Shown here: positions 8,301 through 17,945 of the stretch, in pieces | Layout of the letters: every line of letters begins with the position of its first letter | Numbering within the stretch: position 1 is the first letter of the stretch | Source: Raphidiopsis brookii D9 | Lineage (GTDB): Bacteria; Cyanobacteriota; Cyanobacteriia; Cyanobacteriales; Nostocaceae | Length of the DNA stretch: 32,000 bases | Reading direction: 5' to 3' | NCBI GenBank assembly: GCA_000175855.1 | Contig: ACYB01000004.1 | Coordinates: 60,001-92,000, forward strand | The notes under the pieces: generated by a model | Databases searched by the model: none | What the model saw: only the letters and a program-made list of their open reading frames with translations | Told to the model about the DNA's origin: nothing | Translations under genes and position numbers: made by a program

Positions 8301-11108
8301 CTATTTAATTCTATCAGCTTGGTCAATTTTCCGCTGATAAACCTCTATTTTATGCCCAATTAAAGAACTCATTTGCTGGAATGATACTTCCCGAGATTTT
8401 AATAAAAGGGTATGGGCTTGATTCATCATTACATGATTCTGACTCAATTTTTTATACTGAGACTGCAACGAATAGGGGAAAATGGACTTGAAGATTTTTG
8501 TCGACTTTGGTAAATTTACAGCATGATTCTTATCCACTTGGGTTGGTAAATAATAATTGACCTGTTCTACATTAGTCAGATCATATAAAGCTGATAGGTC
8601 TAAGGAAACTTGATGACTAACTAGTCTAGCTAAAGCTCTCACAATTGAAGTATGATCTTCCATACCTCTTCTATTTAAAGAGACAGCAAGATGTTCTTTT
8701 TCCTTCAGGGTTGAACTAATCCATCTTGAACAGTTACCACCAACCCCTACTTCGATAAATATTCTAATGTTGTCATCATAAACCCGGTTAATTAACCGAG
8801 GAAAATCAAGTTGGTGACAAAGATTTTTGGCTATGTTATTACCAATAATTTCACTGTCTATGGTAAATGGTTCATAATTCCCCCCAGAGTAAAAGGTTAT
8901 CCCCGGTATATCTTGAGTTGGCAAAGTATTCATTTTGGCCAGTTCTCCATACTGCGATCGCATGGGTGGACAGTGAATGACATGATCAATCGAGGTGGGA
9001 AAAGCATCACACTGAAGTTTTTCAATTATCCTTTGACAGGCTTGTTTTTCTCCAGCAATGACTACTTCATCTGGTGTATTAATCAAGGGAATATAAACCC
9101 GATTTTCATCTTTAATTGCTTCTTTCACCCGAGAAACCGGACAAAGAACAATATAGTTACCCCAAAAATCTTCATTCTTGTTATTATCATCTGGAGGTAA
9201 TGCCCAAGCTTGACGAACAGCATTTTTTGGTCCAGAAAGTTCGGTCTTAAATAGGGGGGAAGCATTTAAATAATCACTGGTGCTTTTAAAACTAGTCCAA
9301 ATACCTTGCGCTAACATCATACTAGTTTCACCCAAACTATAACCAAAAGCACATTGGGGTTGGAGATGAAAATAGTTTTTAAAAACTGCGGTAATTAATC
9401 CAGCAAAGCCAACCTCCGACTCTAGCATGGCTACCGGGTCATCTATTAGTTTCTGTTCCATAGCTTCTAATTCTCTACTGGTCGCTTTATTGATGGTGCG
9501 AGGATAAAGAATTTTTTCGATGTTAGCTACCCGTTCATACACATTATTAATTACTCGGTCATCATAAATTTTAGGGAATAGTCGAAACAGACTTCTTCCT
9601 AATCCTATATAAGATGTAAATGAGCCAGAATAAACATAGGCTATTTTACCTTTTTTGGACAGGGGATTAACTGTGAAATAACTACCTAGGGGAGTTTGCC
9701 AATCTTTCCCAGTAGCAAATGTGTCTTTGATTCCTTCAATACCTCTGTTTATTTCTTGGATTAATTCTTCTAAATTTCTGCCGAGAATTGCGACGATATA
9801 GTTTTTTATGGCGTATGTATTTTGGGATCTTTGGTAATTTTGAAATTCTTGAAATGTTTGCCTTGCTAGATGAGATAGAGAAGAATGATTTTGCTTTAGA
9901 TAGTTTTGCAATTTGATCATCTTTTCTACCAGAGAGGACTGATTTTCACCAGCTATGGGAAATAGATAATAAGGCATTTGGGCCAAATATTTACTACTCC
10001 GTTCTAGTTCACTGCTTGTTTCTGACAGAATTATATGTATATTTCTGTCAGTTTCTATGCTGTTAATAGCAGCTATTCGTTTAGAGGTGTTTATTTCTAA
10101 AAACCAGGGTTTGGATTGGGTTGGAAAATAAAAGGGAGTGTTATGCCAAATATCTAATTTTTTGACACCAGTCCATTGGGGAACAGCTGGGATATAACGA
10201 TGATATAAACAAAGTGCAGTTTTAATCAAACTCATCATTCCTGACGCGGTATGAGTGTCACCAATATTAGTCTTCACACTACCTAAAGCACAGGTCAAAT
10301 TAGACTTTTGAGTTTTGTAAGCAGCGATTAAACCTTGAACTTCCCCATCATCTTCTTCCCTAATACCACTAGCATGAACTTCTATATAACCAATATCTTT
10401 AGCTGTAACTTCTGCTATCTCAAAAGCTGTTTGACAACAGCGGGTAATTGCTTGTGCTTGGTTTGGATACTTATCCACTATACTGACAGCATCAATTACT
10501 GCATAAATGTGAGAATTTTGTTGTTTGGCCGTTTCTTCCAGTTGCAAAATTATTATTCCTATTCCTTCTCCTGATAAAGTCTTAGTAGCATTTTGGTCAT
10601 AGCTGAGAGTTTGTTGACCTGTATCATTCTCAAAATTTTCAGAATTTTCGTGATCCCAATCTATTGCTGCTATTAAAACAGCATTTACTTGATTTTTAGT
10701 GAGTAGTTTTTGTGCTAAATCTAACGCTGAAAAGACCGATTTTTCTTCAGCGAATGCTGGGCTTGTTGCATTCCATAACTGGGAAATATAACTAGCCAAT
10801 TTATTTTGGTGGTCACTTTGGAATCTACTCACCAATATCACTGCGATTTTAGTTTCTTCACTTAAGGTAGCAGTTTTGAGAGTATTCTCAGCCACCTTTA
10901 ACATTAGTTTTTGTGGTGGTGACAAATTTTCTATCTGTGGTAAAGGAACTTTCCATGATGGCTCAAGATTATAGTTAATAGGTGCAAAATTCTGCTTTCC
11001 TTCATAAATAATACGTTCAAAACTATCTAGTTCCTGAGAACCACTCACTAGGCAATCCAACCCCACAATTGCCATTTTCTGAAATTGACTTCCTATTAAC
11101 TCCTGCAT
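8301..11108 (-). CDS. Ketosynthase-like (no active-site Cys) / acyltransferase didomain protein, 935 aa
   Basis: The N-terminal half has a KS fold but degenerate catalytic residues. By my hand alignment, AEEKSVFSALDLA sits where DTACSSSL is expected, HASGI replaces HGTGT, and NIGDTHTASG replaces NIGHxxxAAG. The C-terminal half is an AT with GYSLGE (Ser codon 9346-9348) and a downstream HCPPM motif. GGAG lies 8-11 nt upstream of the ATG. Confidence 0.85.
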   Translation of the reverse strand: MQELIGSQFQKMAIVGLDCLVSGSQELDSFERIIYEGKQNFAPINYNLEPSWKVPLPQIENLSPPQKLMLKVAENTLKTATLSEETKIAVILVSRFQSDHQNKLASYISQLWNATSPAFAEEKSVFSALDLAQKLLTKNQVNAVLIAAIDWDHENSENFENDTGQQTLSYDQNATKTLSGEGIGIIILQLEETAKQQNSHIYAVIDAVSIVDKYPNQAQAITRCCQTAFEIAEVTAKDIGYIEVHASGIREEDDGEVQGLIAAYKTQKSNLTCALGSVKTNIGDTHTASGMMSLIKTALCLYHRYIPAVPQWTGVKKLDIWHNTPFYFPTQSKPWFLEINTSKRIAAINSIETDRNIHIILSETSSELERSSKYLAQMPYYLFPIAGENQSSLVEKMIKLQNYLKQNHSSLSHLARQTFQEFQNYQRSQNTYAIKNYIVAILGRNLEELIQEINRGIEGIKDTFATGKDWQTPLGSYFTVNPLSKKGKIAYVYSGSFTSYIGLGRSLFRLFPKIYDDRVINNVYERVANIEKILYPRTINKATSRELEAMEQKLIDDPVAMLESEVGFAGLITAVFKNYFHLQPQCAFGYSLGETSMMLAQGIWTSFKSTSDYLNASPLFKTELSGPKNAVRQAWALPPDDNNKNEDFWGNYIVLCPVSRVKEAIKDENRVYIPLINTPDEVVIAGEKQACQRIIEKLQCDAFPTSIDHVIHCPPMRSQYGELAKMNTLPTQDIPGITFYSGGNYEPFTIDSEIIGNNIAKNLCHQLDFPRLINRVYDDNIRIFIEVGVGGNCSRWISSTLKEKEHLAVSLNRRGMEDHTSIVRALARLVSHQVSLDLSALYDLTNVEQVNYYLPTQVDKNHAVNLPKSTKIFKSIFPYSLQSQYKKLSQNHVMMNQAHTLLLKSREVSFQQMSSLIGHKIEVYQRKIDQADRIK

Positions 11109-11174
11109 GACAATTCTCCATTTTTAAATTTGATAAGTATTACAAAGCCCAATTACCTTAACTGAATTTGCTTA

Positions 11175-14100
11175 TTAGTAACTATTGGGCAAGATTGTGG
11201 CTTTTGCTCCCTTCATCCGATTATAAACTTGTCCTTTTTGACTGTGAGTAATTACATCAGCAACTACATAAGATTCAGTTTTGGATTTGATTTCACAAGT
11301 TACATAAAACGTTTCTCCAAAGGGAACAGGTGCAAATTGTTCAAAATTTTCAATTTCTGATGGTAAACAACCAACTTGATGAAAATGTTGAGTCCAAATC
11401 CACAGAGAATGTACCTGTACATCCGCTATATAGGGGTTAAAAGTCTGTACTCTGAATTGTCCCTGTTGGTGTAATGTAGGTTCGGGGAGTTCACATTTCA
11501 TAGTCAGTTTACCGGGACTGATATTTAACACAGATTTTACCCCTTGAAAAGTATTACCATGAAATAAACTACCCACACCAGTTTGATATAGTAAGGAATT
11601 GCTGGCTAGGAATTGCCCATCTTGGGTGAGGTTAAAAAGTTCATAGTTATCAGCTGGAGGAACTTGTCTTTTCAAAATTAGGTTACTACTAAAATGATAT
11701 CTGATTTTTCCATGGTTGGTAACACTACTAATTTTGCCCACAAGGTGAATTTCTTGATTGTCAATTTTAGCAATTTCTTGAATTTCAAGAATATATTCAT
11801 GGGGGGAATTTTGGTCAAAAACAATTCCTTTAAGGACTTTAAAGTTAGGACAGTGAAATATCTGGAAACCAGGATAGAGTTGTTCACAACTGCTAGATAT
11901 CCACGACAGTCCACAAGTTGCGGGAAGAACTGGATTACCCGCAATCACATGATCCTGTAAAAATGGGTTATAGTTTAACTTTAATTGACGGGTGATTTGA
12001 TGGGTTTTTAGTTCACTAGACAAGGTAGAAGGAATATAGACTAAGGGACTACCAATTACTACTTGGGTCATGCTTGAATCACTAGTTCTTAGTTGATCAA
12101 CTAAGATACTACTACCCAGTTCTTGGGGAATGGTTTCAATTCCTCGTTGTGCAAATGCTGTCTGTAATTCCGGAGAAACCATACCACTATCCCAAGGACC
12201 CCAATTAATGGAGACTACATGACAATTAGGGTATTTATGTTTAATTACATGGGCTGATTTGTTGAGAATTTCGTTAGCTATTGCATAGTCCGTCTGTCCA
12301 ACGTTACCATAAAATCCCACTACTGAAGAAAATAGGATTAAATATTCCAGTTGATTTGTTTCCACAATATTGAGTAGGTTTTCTAAACCCTGAACTTTGG
12401 CAGCATAAACTGTTTCAAAATCTTGAACTGTCTTTTTCTCAATTCTTTTATCTGCTAAGTTACCCGCACCATGAATGATTCCAGTTATAGTGCCAAATTG
12501 GTCAATTATAGGTCTTAGCTTTTCTTTCAACATCATACCATCGGTGATATCAACACAGATATATTCTGCTTTTCCTCCTGCTTCATTAATTGCTTTTAAT
12601 GTATTGTGTATTTCTCTTTGGGAGGCAATAGTTTGATATTTTTTCTGCACCATTATGGGAGTGGGTTTTTCTCCCTTGGACAGAAAATCTTCCATGATTC
12701 GCCGTTTCAGTTCATTTTCATCTTCATATCCTTCAGACCAAACAGGTTCAATTTCTGCACTAGAACGTCCTAAAAGAATAAACTTGCATTGGTATTCTTC
12801 AGCCAATTTGATTACACATTTAGCAGTAATTCCCTTAGCACCCCCACTAACTAAAAAAACCTGGTCTTTAGTAATATTTAATGAATCGGGAATGATGGAT
12901 GATTTAGTAGGTTCTGCTACTAAGGTAAATCTATCTGTTTTATTATATCCCACCTCCGTAACTAATAAATTAGGATCTTGCAATTCAGCCAGAATATGTT
13001 TTACGGTTGTGTCCCCATCTAAATCAGGACTTAAATCTAGGGTACGACAAAATACTTCTGGCCATTCTTGATTTAAACTTTTAGTTAGTCCAAATAATCC
13101 TCCACTAATGGGACTAAAATTGTGAGTTTTTGCCGTTCCTAATTCACCATCTAATCTCACAACTGCAAAAAAGCAAGCACGTTCTTTTTTAGTCAGTTGA
13201 TTTAGATCTTCCTTCAGATGTTTGGCAATTAAAAACACGTGCTGAACAATGGCTTGATCTATTCCCAAGTTATTGTTGGAGTAAGGATGTAGATGAATAA
13301 AACCACCTACACAACCAAACTTGCTGGTAAGTTCGGTCAAATGTTCTTGCAAAGTTTCTTCATGCCAATCGTTTAATCTGATTTGAGCAATCTCCTCCGA
13401 TAGGTTTGACTCCAAGTATGGAAAGGTTAAAACAACAGTTTTACATCCTTTATCTGCAAGCTTAGCTACTAACCTATGGGTAACTTCCGAACCATCATTA
13501 GTAATTAAGACAAAATGATTTTCTGGAATGGTTAAATCTAAACTGTCTGGTTGAGGAAGTGCTTTTAATTGCACCGGAAGGCGCAGGATTTTATCCGCTA
13601 CTTCCGTGGTTGACGTGTCTGGTTTTTCTGATGTGGATAAATTGGACCTCTCCACAGTTTCAGCTTGATTGCGCATATAGTCAGCAATTTGTTCCAGAGT
13701 TGCCAATTGCGCTAATTCTTCTGGGTTAGGTCTGGGTAGATCCGGGTAAAGTTCTAAAAGTCCTCCCAGAATTTCTACTCTTTTGATAGAGTCAATTCCT
13801 AAATCTGCTTCCATATCCATGGAAGGGTCTAACATTTCCACAGGATAACCTGTTTTATCACTAACAATAGTGAGCAAGATCTGACTTAAATTATCGGGAA
13901 TGGTAATTGTTGTAGATCTATTTGATAAGTCTTCATGTAAGTCGTCATGGGGTAAAACCAAGAATTGTGGATGATTATGGTGTTCACTAAGAGTCTCCTC
14001 TAGGGGTTGATTTTGACCCAGCTGTGTAATTAAGTTGTTTATATACTCAGCAATTTGTTCCAGAGTTGCCAATTGCGCTAATTCTTCTGGGTTAGGTCTG

Positions 14101-17100
14101 GGTAGATCCGGGTAAAGTTCTAAAAGTCCTCCCAGAATTTCCACTCTTTTGATAGAGTCAATTCCTAAATCTGCTTCTATATCCATGGACAAGTCTAACA
14201 TTTCCACAGGATAACCCGTTTTATCACTGACAATATTGATCAGGGTCTCCCTCAGTTTTCCTTTATCAATATGAGTAGCTATGGGAAAATCGACTGTAAT
14301 GTCAGGTAGATTATTCTGGGAATTATTTTCCGGTTCTAGAGGATAAATTAACTTTTGTGCTGGTGGGTCACTTTGTGCAACATGGGAAGATGGAAGATGA
14401 GAATACCCATTGGGAGACCCTACCTCTAACAAGCTATAGTGCTGCTCGAGTAATTGAAAGTAATTATTGGTATACTCCTGTTGATAATTGAGATATTTTT
14501 CGTGAATACGAATGGTTTCAGCTTGATGGTCGTGTAGTTGCATCATGCTACGTTCCGTACTAGAAATTGCCAACTGTTGTGTTTGAGCTTGATATTCATT
14601 AGTTTCTTCCTTCCCTAGGAACAAACACTGTTGCTGCATTAATTCATAAAAGGTTTTATTGTACTCTATTTGATTTTGCAAAGACTGTTGATGTGCATGA
14701 TTAATTTCACTTTGCTGTCGAGTAAATTCTGCTAATGATTGTTCCAAACTATCAAGAATTCGATCATAGTTTTCCACGGGAATTTCTATCTTTTGTTCTA
14801 CCATACTATAGTTTTTAACTTCAGAATTAGTTTTTGAATTGAGGATACTTGATGAGGTTATTTCTGGATTTATCTCCACTAATGTTTTCTCTGGCTGAGT
14901 TTGATAATTTTCTTCACTAACCCTTGTTATTGGGATAACTGAACCAGTTGCTAAAGCCTGAGCAAATGCTTTTTGTGATCTGTCATTAATATTGGTAGCA
15001 TTCAATCTGATATTCAAAGTTTTTTGTTCATTTTTCTGTGAAGCTGAAGAAATTTTAGTAGGAATTTGATAGGGATCTAGGTTTTTTAATGGTACACCAA
15101 AAACTCGCAATTTGGTAACAGCTTCCCGTAATAATAAATCACTATCTTGACGATAATTAGCATTTAATGCTACCGCAATATGAGGCTTGTCTACCAAGAT
15201 TTCTTTGACTAAATTAGTAAGAATATTTTTGGGACCAAACTCAATAAAACAATTACCACCAGCTTGATATATATTCTCAATCTGTTGTTGAAATAACACC
15301 TGATTTAATAAATGTTCCTGGAGAATTTTTTGCATGGATCCAGGTTTATTAGGATATAATTTTCCTGTCACATTGCTATAAACCGGAATGCGAGGTGGTT
15401 GAAAATTCACTTGTGCGATCGCATGGGCGAAGGGTTTTTGTGCATGGGAGACTAACGGTGTGTGGAAAGCAGCGGAAACCCCTAATAAGAAACAGGAGAA
15501 CCCCTGAGCTTGTAAAACATTCTGTAATTGAGTAATTTCTGATTTGTTCCCAGCTAGAACTATTTGCTGTGGGGAATTATAGTTAGCAATAGCAACTTGG
15601 GGAAAGTCTTTAATGAATTCGGTTACTTGGCTGATATTACCTTTTACTGCTAACATTCCTCCAGCATCCACTTCTGGGGATGTGGACATTGCTTTTCCCC
15701 TAGCTTTGACCAGAAAGAAATAATCTTCTTCAGTTAATACACCTGCAGACCATAGAGCTGTTAATTCTCCAAAACTATGTCCAGCAACAAAATCAACTTT
15801 CAACCCAGCTTGCTGCAATATTTTATATAATCCTGCACTCAATACTCCTATTGCTGGTTGTGCATATTCAGTTTTTTGCAGTTTTTCTAATTGTTCTTGT
15901 CGTTCCTGTGGACTGAAAACTGGAGTGGGGAAGACTACTTGAGAAAGAGATTCTAATCCCTCACGGGAGAATAAATCATCTAGATGAGAGTAGGTTTGTC
16001 GTAAGCAGGGAAAGTTAATTACTAATTCTCTTCCCATTTCCAAGTATTGGGAACCTTGTCCGGAAAATAAGGCCACTACTTTTCCGGTTGTTTCCATACC
16101 CTGTTGACGATAATAAATTCCTTTGGGATGTTCCCAAAAATCAACAGAAGGTTGATTTTTTAGCAAATCAATAATGATAGCTAAATGGGCTATTGCTTGG
16201 CTTAAAGAAAGGGTGGTGAATCCTACTCTAGCATGATCAACAGGAATTATCAATTGTTCAGATTCGGCAATTATTCTTTGATAATGTTGTTCTTTATCTG
16301 TTGATTCTAACTGTTGATAAAGATGTTGACATTGAGATAATAACTCTGGCGTTGTGGGTGCGCTCAAGAAAATTGACTTAGCGCAATTATGCAATCTATA
16401 TGATTGATGATGTTCTGATTCATATTCTTCCAAAACTACATGATAATTTGTACCTCCAAAACCAAAGGCGCTCACCCCAGCTCGTCTCGGTTGATTGCTA
16501 ATCCATGGTCTGGTTTCCGTGTTTAAATAAAAGGGAGAATTTTCAATATTCAGTTTGGGATGGGGTTGGGTAATGTTAATAGTTGGTGGTAATACCTTAT
16601 GATGTAATGCCAAGGCGGTTTTAATTAAACTAGCAGCACCCGCAGCAGCTTTTGTGTGTCCAATTTGAGATTTAACCGTTCCTAAAGCTATGTGTTGTTT
16701 TAGAGAGTTATTATCGCCAAATACCTGATTTATTGAAATAAATTCCGTAGGGTCTCCCACCATAGTTCCCGTACCATGAGCTTCAATTAAACCCACAGTT
16801 TGAGGTGCAAAACCAGCATTTTCATAAGCCCGACGAATGGCTTTTACCTGTCCTTGGGAATGGGGAGCGTAAATGCTTTTGTATTTACCATCACTGGAAC
16901 TGCCAATACCCTTGATGACAGCATAAATGCGATCGCCATCTTTAACAGCATCTTCCAGACGTTTGAGTACCAACATTCCCACGCCCTCACCTAACATCAT
17001 ACCATCGGAATTGACATCGAAGGGTCTAACGTTTTCACTGGGGGAAACTGCGGGAGTTTTACTAAAACACATATAGGCAAAAATGGAATTATCGGTATCA

Positions 17101-17945
17101 ACCCCACCTGTAATCATCATATCAGCACGATGGGCAAGCAATTCGCTGATTGCCATATTCAGTGCGCCCAGGGAACTAGCGCAAGCAGCATCAACTACAC
17201 AATTAGTTCCGCCCAAATCAAGTCGGTTGGCAATTCTCCCGGAAATTACATTAGCCAACATTCCAGGGAACGCATTTTCCTCCCATTGTATATAAGCACT
17301 TTTGAGTTTCTCAATTACTTTTTCAGTCTCATCATCAGAAAGTCCACAGTTTTTAAAAACTTTTTTCCAAATGGGATATTGTAATCGTGACCCCAAAGGT
17401 ACTGCCAATTGTCTACCAATTGCCACACCTAATATTACCCCTGTACGATCCCGATCAAACTGTTGGGACTCACTATAACCAGCATCTTCCATAGCTGCTT
17501 TAGCGACAACTAAACCTAATAATTGAGAAATATCCGTCACTTCTAGAATATTTGGTGGTAAACCAAACTCCATAGGATTAAAATCAATATCGGGGATGAA
17601 ACCACCTCTTTTACAGTAAGTTTTATCGGGTGCTTTAGGATTGGGATCATAATAGTCTTCCACGCTCCAGCGGGAAGCAGGCACATCTGTAATGCAATCT
17701 ATTTTATCCATTATGACCTGCCAATACTCCTGCAAGTTTCTTGACTCGGGAAATAGGGAAGCCATACCAATAATTGCAATTTGATTACTTTGATTACCAC
17801 CATTATAATTTTGAGAATATTCCATGGTTTTTTTCCCTTTAATCAAGTTTAATACATCTCGTTCACAATTGCTAACTTCATCCTGCAATTGTGCTAAATC
17901 TGACTCAAATTTGGCGTGATTCATGGCGATATTGTGCTTTTTCAA
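11175..17945 (-). CDS. PfaA/HglE-like type I synthase: KS-AT-(Gln-rich linker)-ACP-ACP-KR-DH, up to 2256 aa
   Basis: KS: DAACASS (Cys codon 17181-17183), EAHGTGT, KSQIGHTKAAAG. AT: GHSFGE (Ser codon 15774-15776), AAFHTPL. Two ACPs: LGIDSIKRVE (Ser codons 14154-14156 and 13788-13790). KR: VSGGAKGIT plus a GQTDYAIAN Tyr motif. PS-DH: HVIAGNPVLP (His codon 11949-11951), LFHGNTFQ, ADVQVH. The start is uncertain: TTG at 17945, ATG at 17924, or ATG at 17825, which has an AAGGGA-like SD and gives a typical 15-aa lead into IAIIGMA. Confidence 0.95.
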   Translation of the reverse strand: MKKHNIAMNHAKFESDLAQLQDEVSNCERDVLNLIKGKKTMEYSQNYNGGNQSNQIAIIGMASLFPESRNLQEYWQVIMDKIDCITDVPASRWSVEDYYDPNPKAPDKTYCKRGGFIPDIDFNPMEFGLPPNILEVTDISQLLGLVVAKAAMEDAGYSESQQFDRDRTGVILGVAIGRQLAVPLGSRLQYPIWKKVFKNCGLSDDETEKVIEKLKSAYIQWEENAFPGMLANVISGRIANRLDLGGTNCVVDAACASSLGALNMAISELLAHRADMMITGGVDTDNSIFAYMCFSKTPAVSPSENVRPFDVNSDGMMLGEGVGMLVLKRLEDAVKDGDRIYAVIKGIGSSSDGKYKSIYAPHSQGQVKAIRRAYENAGFAPQTVGLIEAHGTGTMVGDPTEFISINQVFGDNNSLKQHIALGTVKSQIGHTKAAAGAASLIKTALALHHKVLPPTINITQPHPKLNIENSPFYLNTETRPWISNQPRRAGVSAFGFGGTNYHVVLEEYESEHHQSYRLHNCAKSIFLSAPTTPELLSQCQHLYQQLESTDKEQHYQRIIAESEQLIIPVDHARVGFTTLSLSQAIAHLAIIIDLLKNQPSVDFWEHPKGIYYRQQGMETTGKVVALFSGQGSQYLEMGRELVINFPCLRQTYSHLDDLFSREGLESLSQVVFPTPVFSPQERQEQLEKLQKTEYAQPAIGVLSAGLYKILQQAGLKVDFVAGHSFGELTALWSAGVLTEEDYFFLVKARGKAMSTSPEVDAGGMLAVKGNISQVTEFIKDFPQVAIANYNSPQQIVLAGNKSEITQLQNVLQAQGFSCFLLGVSAAFHTPLVSHAQKPFAHAIAQVNFQPPRIPVYSNVTGKLYPNKPGSMQKILQEHLLNQVLFQQQIENIYQAGGNCFIEFGPKNILTNLVKEILVDKPHIAVALNANYRQDSDLLLREAVTKLRVFGVPLKNLDPYQIPTKISSASQKNEQKTLNIRLNATNINDRSQKAFAQALATGSVIPITRVSEENYQTQPEKTLVEINPEITSSSILNSKTNSEVKNYSMVEQKIEIPVENYDRILDSLEQSLAEFTRQQSEINHAHQQSLQNQIEYNKTFYELMQQQCLFLGKEETNEYQAQTQQLAISSTERSMMQLHDHQAETIRIHEKYLNYQQEYTNNYFQLLEQHYSLLEVGSPNGYSHLPSSHVAQSDPPAQKLIYPLEPENNSQNNLPDITVDFPIATHIDKGKLRETLINIVSDKTGYPVEMLDLSMDIEADLGIDSIKRVEILGGLLELYPDLPRPNPEELAQLATLEQIAEYINNLITQLGQNQPLEETLSEHHNHPQFLVLPHDDLHEDLSNRSTTITIPDNLSQILLTIVSDKTGYPVEMLDPSMDMEADLGIDSIKRVEILGGLLELYPDLPRPNPEELAQLATLEQIADYMRNQAETVERSNLSTSEKPDTSTTEVADKILRLPVQLKALPQPDSLDLTIPENHFVLITNDGSEVTHRLVAKLADKGCKTVVLTFPYLESNLSEEIAQIRLNDWHEETLQEHLTELTSKFGCVGGFIHLHPYSNNNLGIDQAIVQHVFLIAKHLKEDLNQLTKKERACFFAVVRLDGELGTAKTHNFSPISGGLFGLTKSLNQEWPEVFCRTLDLSPDLDGDTTVKHILAELQDPNLLVTEVGYNKTDRFTLVAEPTKSSIIPDSLNITKDQVFLVSGGAKGITAKCVIKLAEEYQCKFILLGRSSAEIEPVWSEGYEDENELKRRIMEDFLSKGEKPTPIMVQKKYQTIASQREIHNTLKAINEAGGKAEYICVDITDGMMLKEKLRPIIDQFGTITGIIHGAGNLADKRIEKKTVQDFETVYAAKVQGLENLLNIVETNQLEYLILFSSVVGFYGNVGQTDYAIANEILNKSAHVIKHKYPNCHVVSINWGPWDSGMVSPELQTAFAQRGIETIPQELGSSILVDQLRTSDSSMTQVVIGSPLVYIPSTLSSELKTHQITRQLKLNYNPFLQDHVIAGNPVLPATCGLSWISSSCEQLYPGFQIFHCPNFKVLKGIVFDQNSPHEYILEIQEIAKIDNQEIHLVGKISSVTNHGKIRYHFSSNLILKRQVPPADNYELFNLTQDGQFLASNSLLYQTGVGSLFHGNTFQGVKSVLNISPGKLTMKCELPEPTLHQQGQFRVQTFNPYIADVQVHSLWIWTQHFHQVGCLPSEIENFEQFAPVPFGETFYVTCEIKSKTESYVVADVITHSQKGQVYNRMKGAKATILPNSY
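13681..13869 (-). repeat. ACP-coding tandem repeat, copy 2 (366-bp period)
   Basis: A ~189-bp block aligns base for base with 14047-14235. I count 8 mismatches (~96% identity), and the first ~95 nt are identical. Confidence 0.9.
14047..14235 (-). repeat. ACP-coding tandem repeat, copy 1 (366-bp period)
   Basis: Partner of 13681-13869. It encodes SDKTGYPVEMLD.SMD.EADLGIDSIKRVEILGGLLELYPDLPRPNPEELAQLATLEQIA.Y. Confidence 0.9.

Noticed and set aside
8811-17384. Antisense or embedded ORFs inside the synthase genes (8811-9200, 10335-10574, 11678-11944, 11694-11960, 12655-13071, 16800-16994, 17083-17295, 17130-17384)
   Set aside because: Each lies wholly inside a gene with strong domain evidence on the other strand or frame. 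Their translations are low-complexity with no recognisable motifs. Long spurious ORFs are expected opposite long genes.
2846-17945. Calling this the canonical heterocyst glycolipid (hglE-hglB) island and assigning hgl gene symbols
   Set aside because: Only three PKS-type genes are present instead of the multi-gene hglEFGDCAB set as I recall it. There is no HglB-like ACP-reductase or glycosyltransferase, and there are extra C-domain, ACP and docking-domain genes. Orthology cannot be established without a search, so the symbols are left blank.
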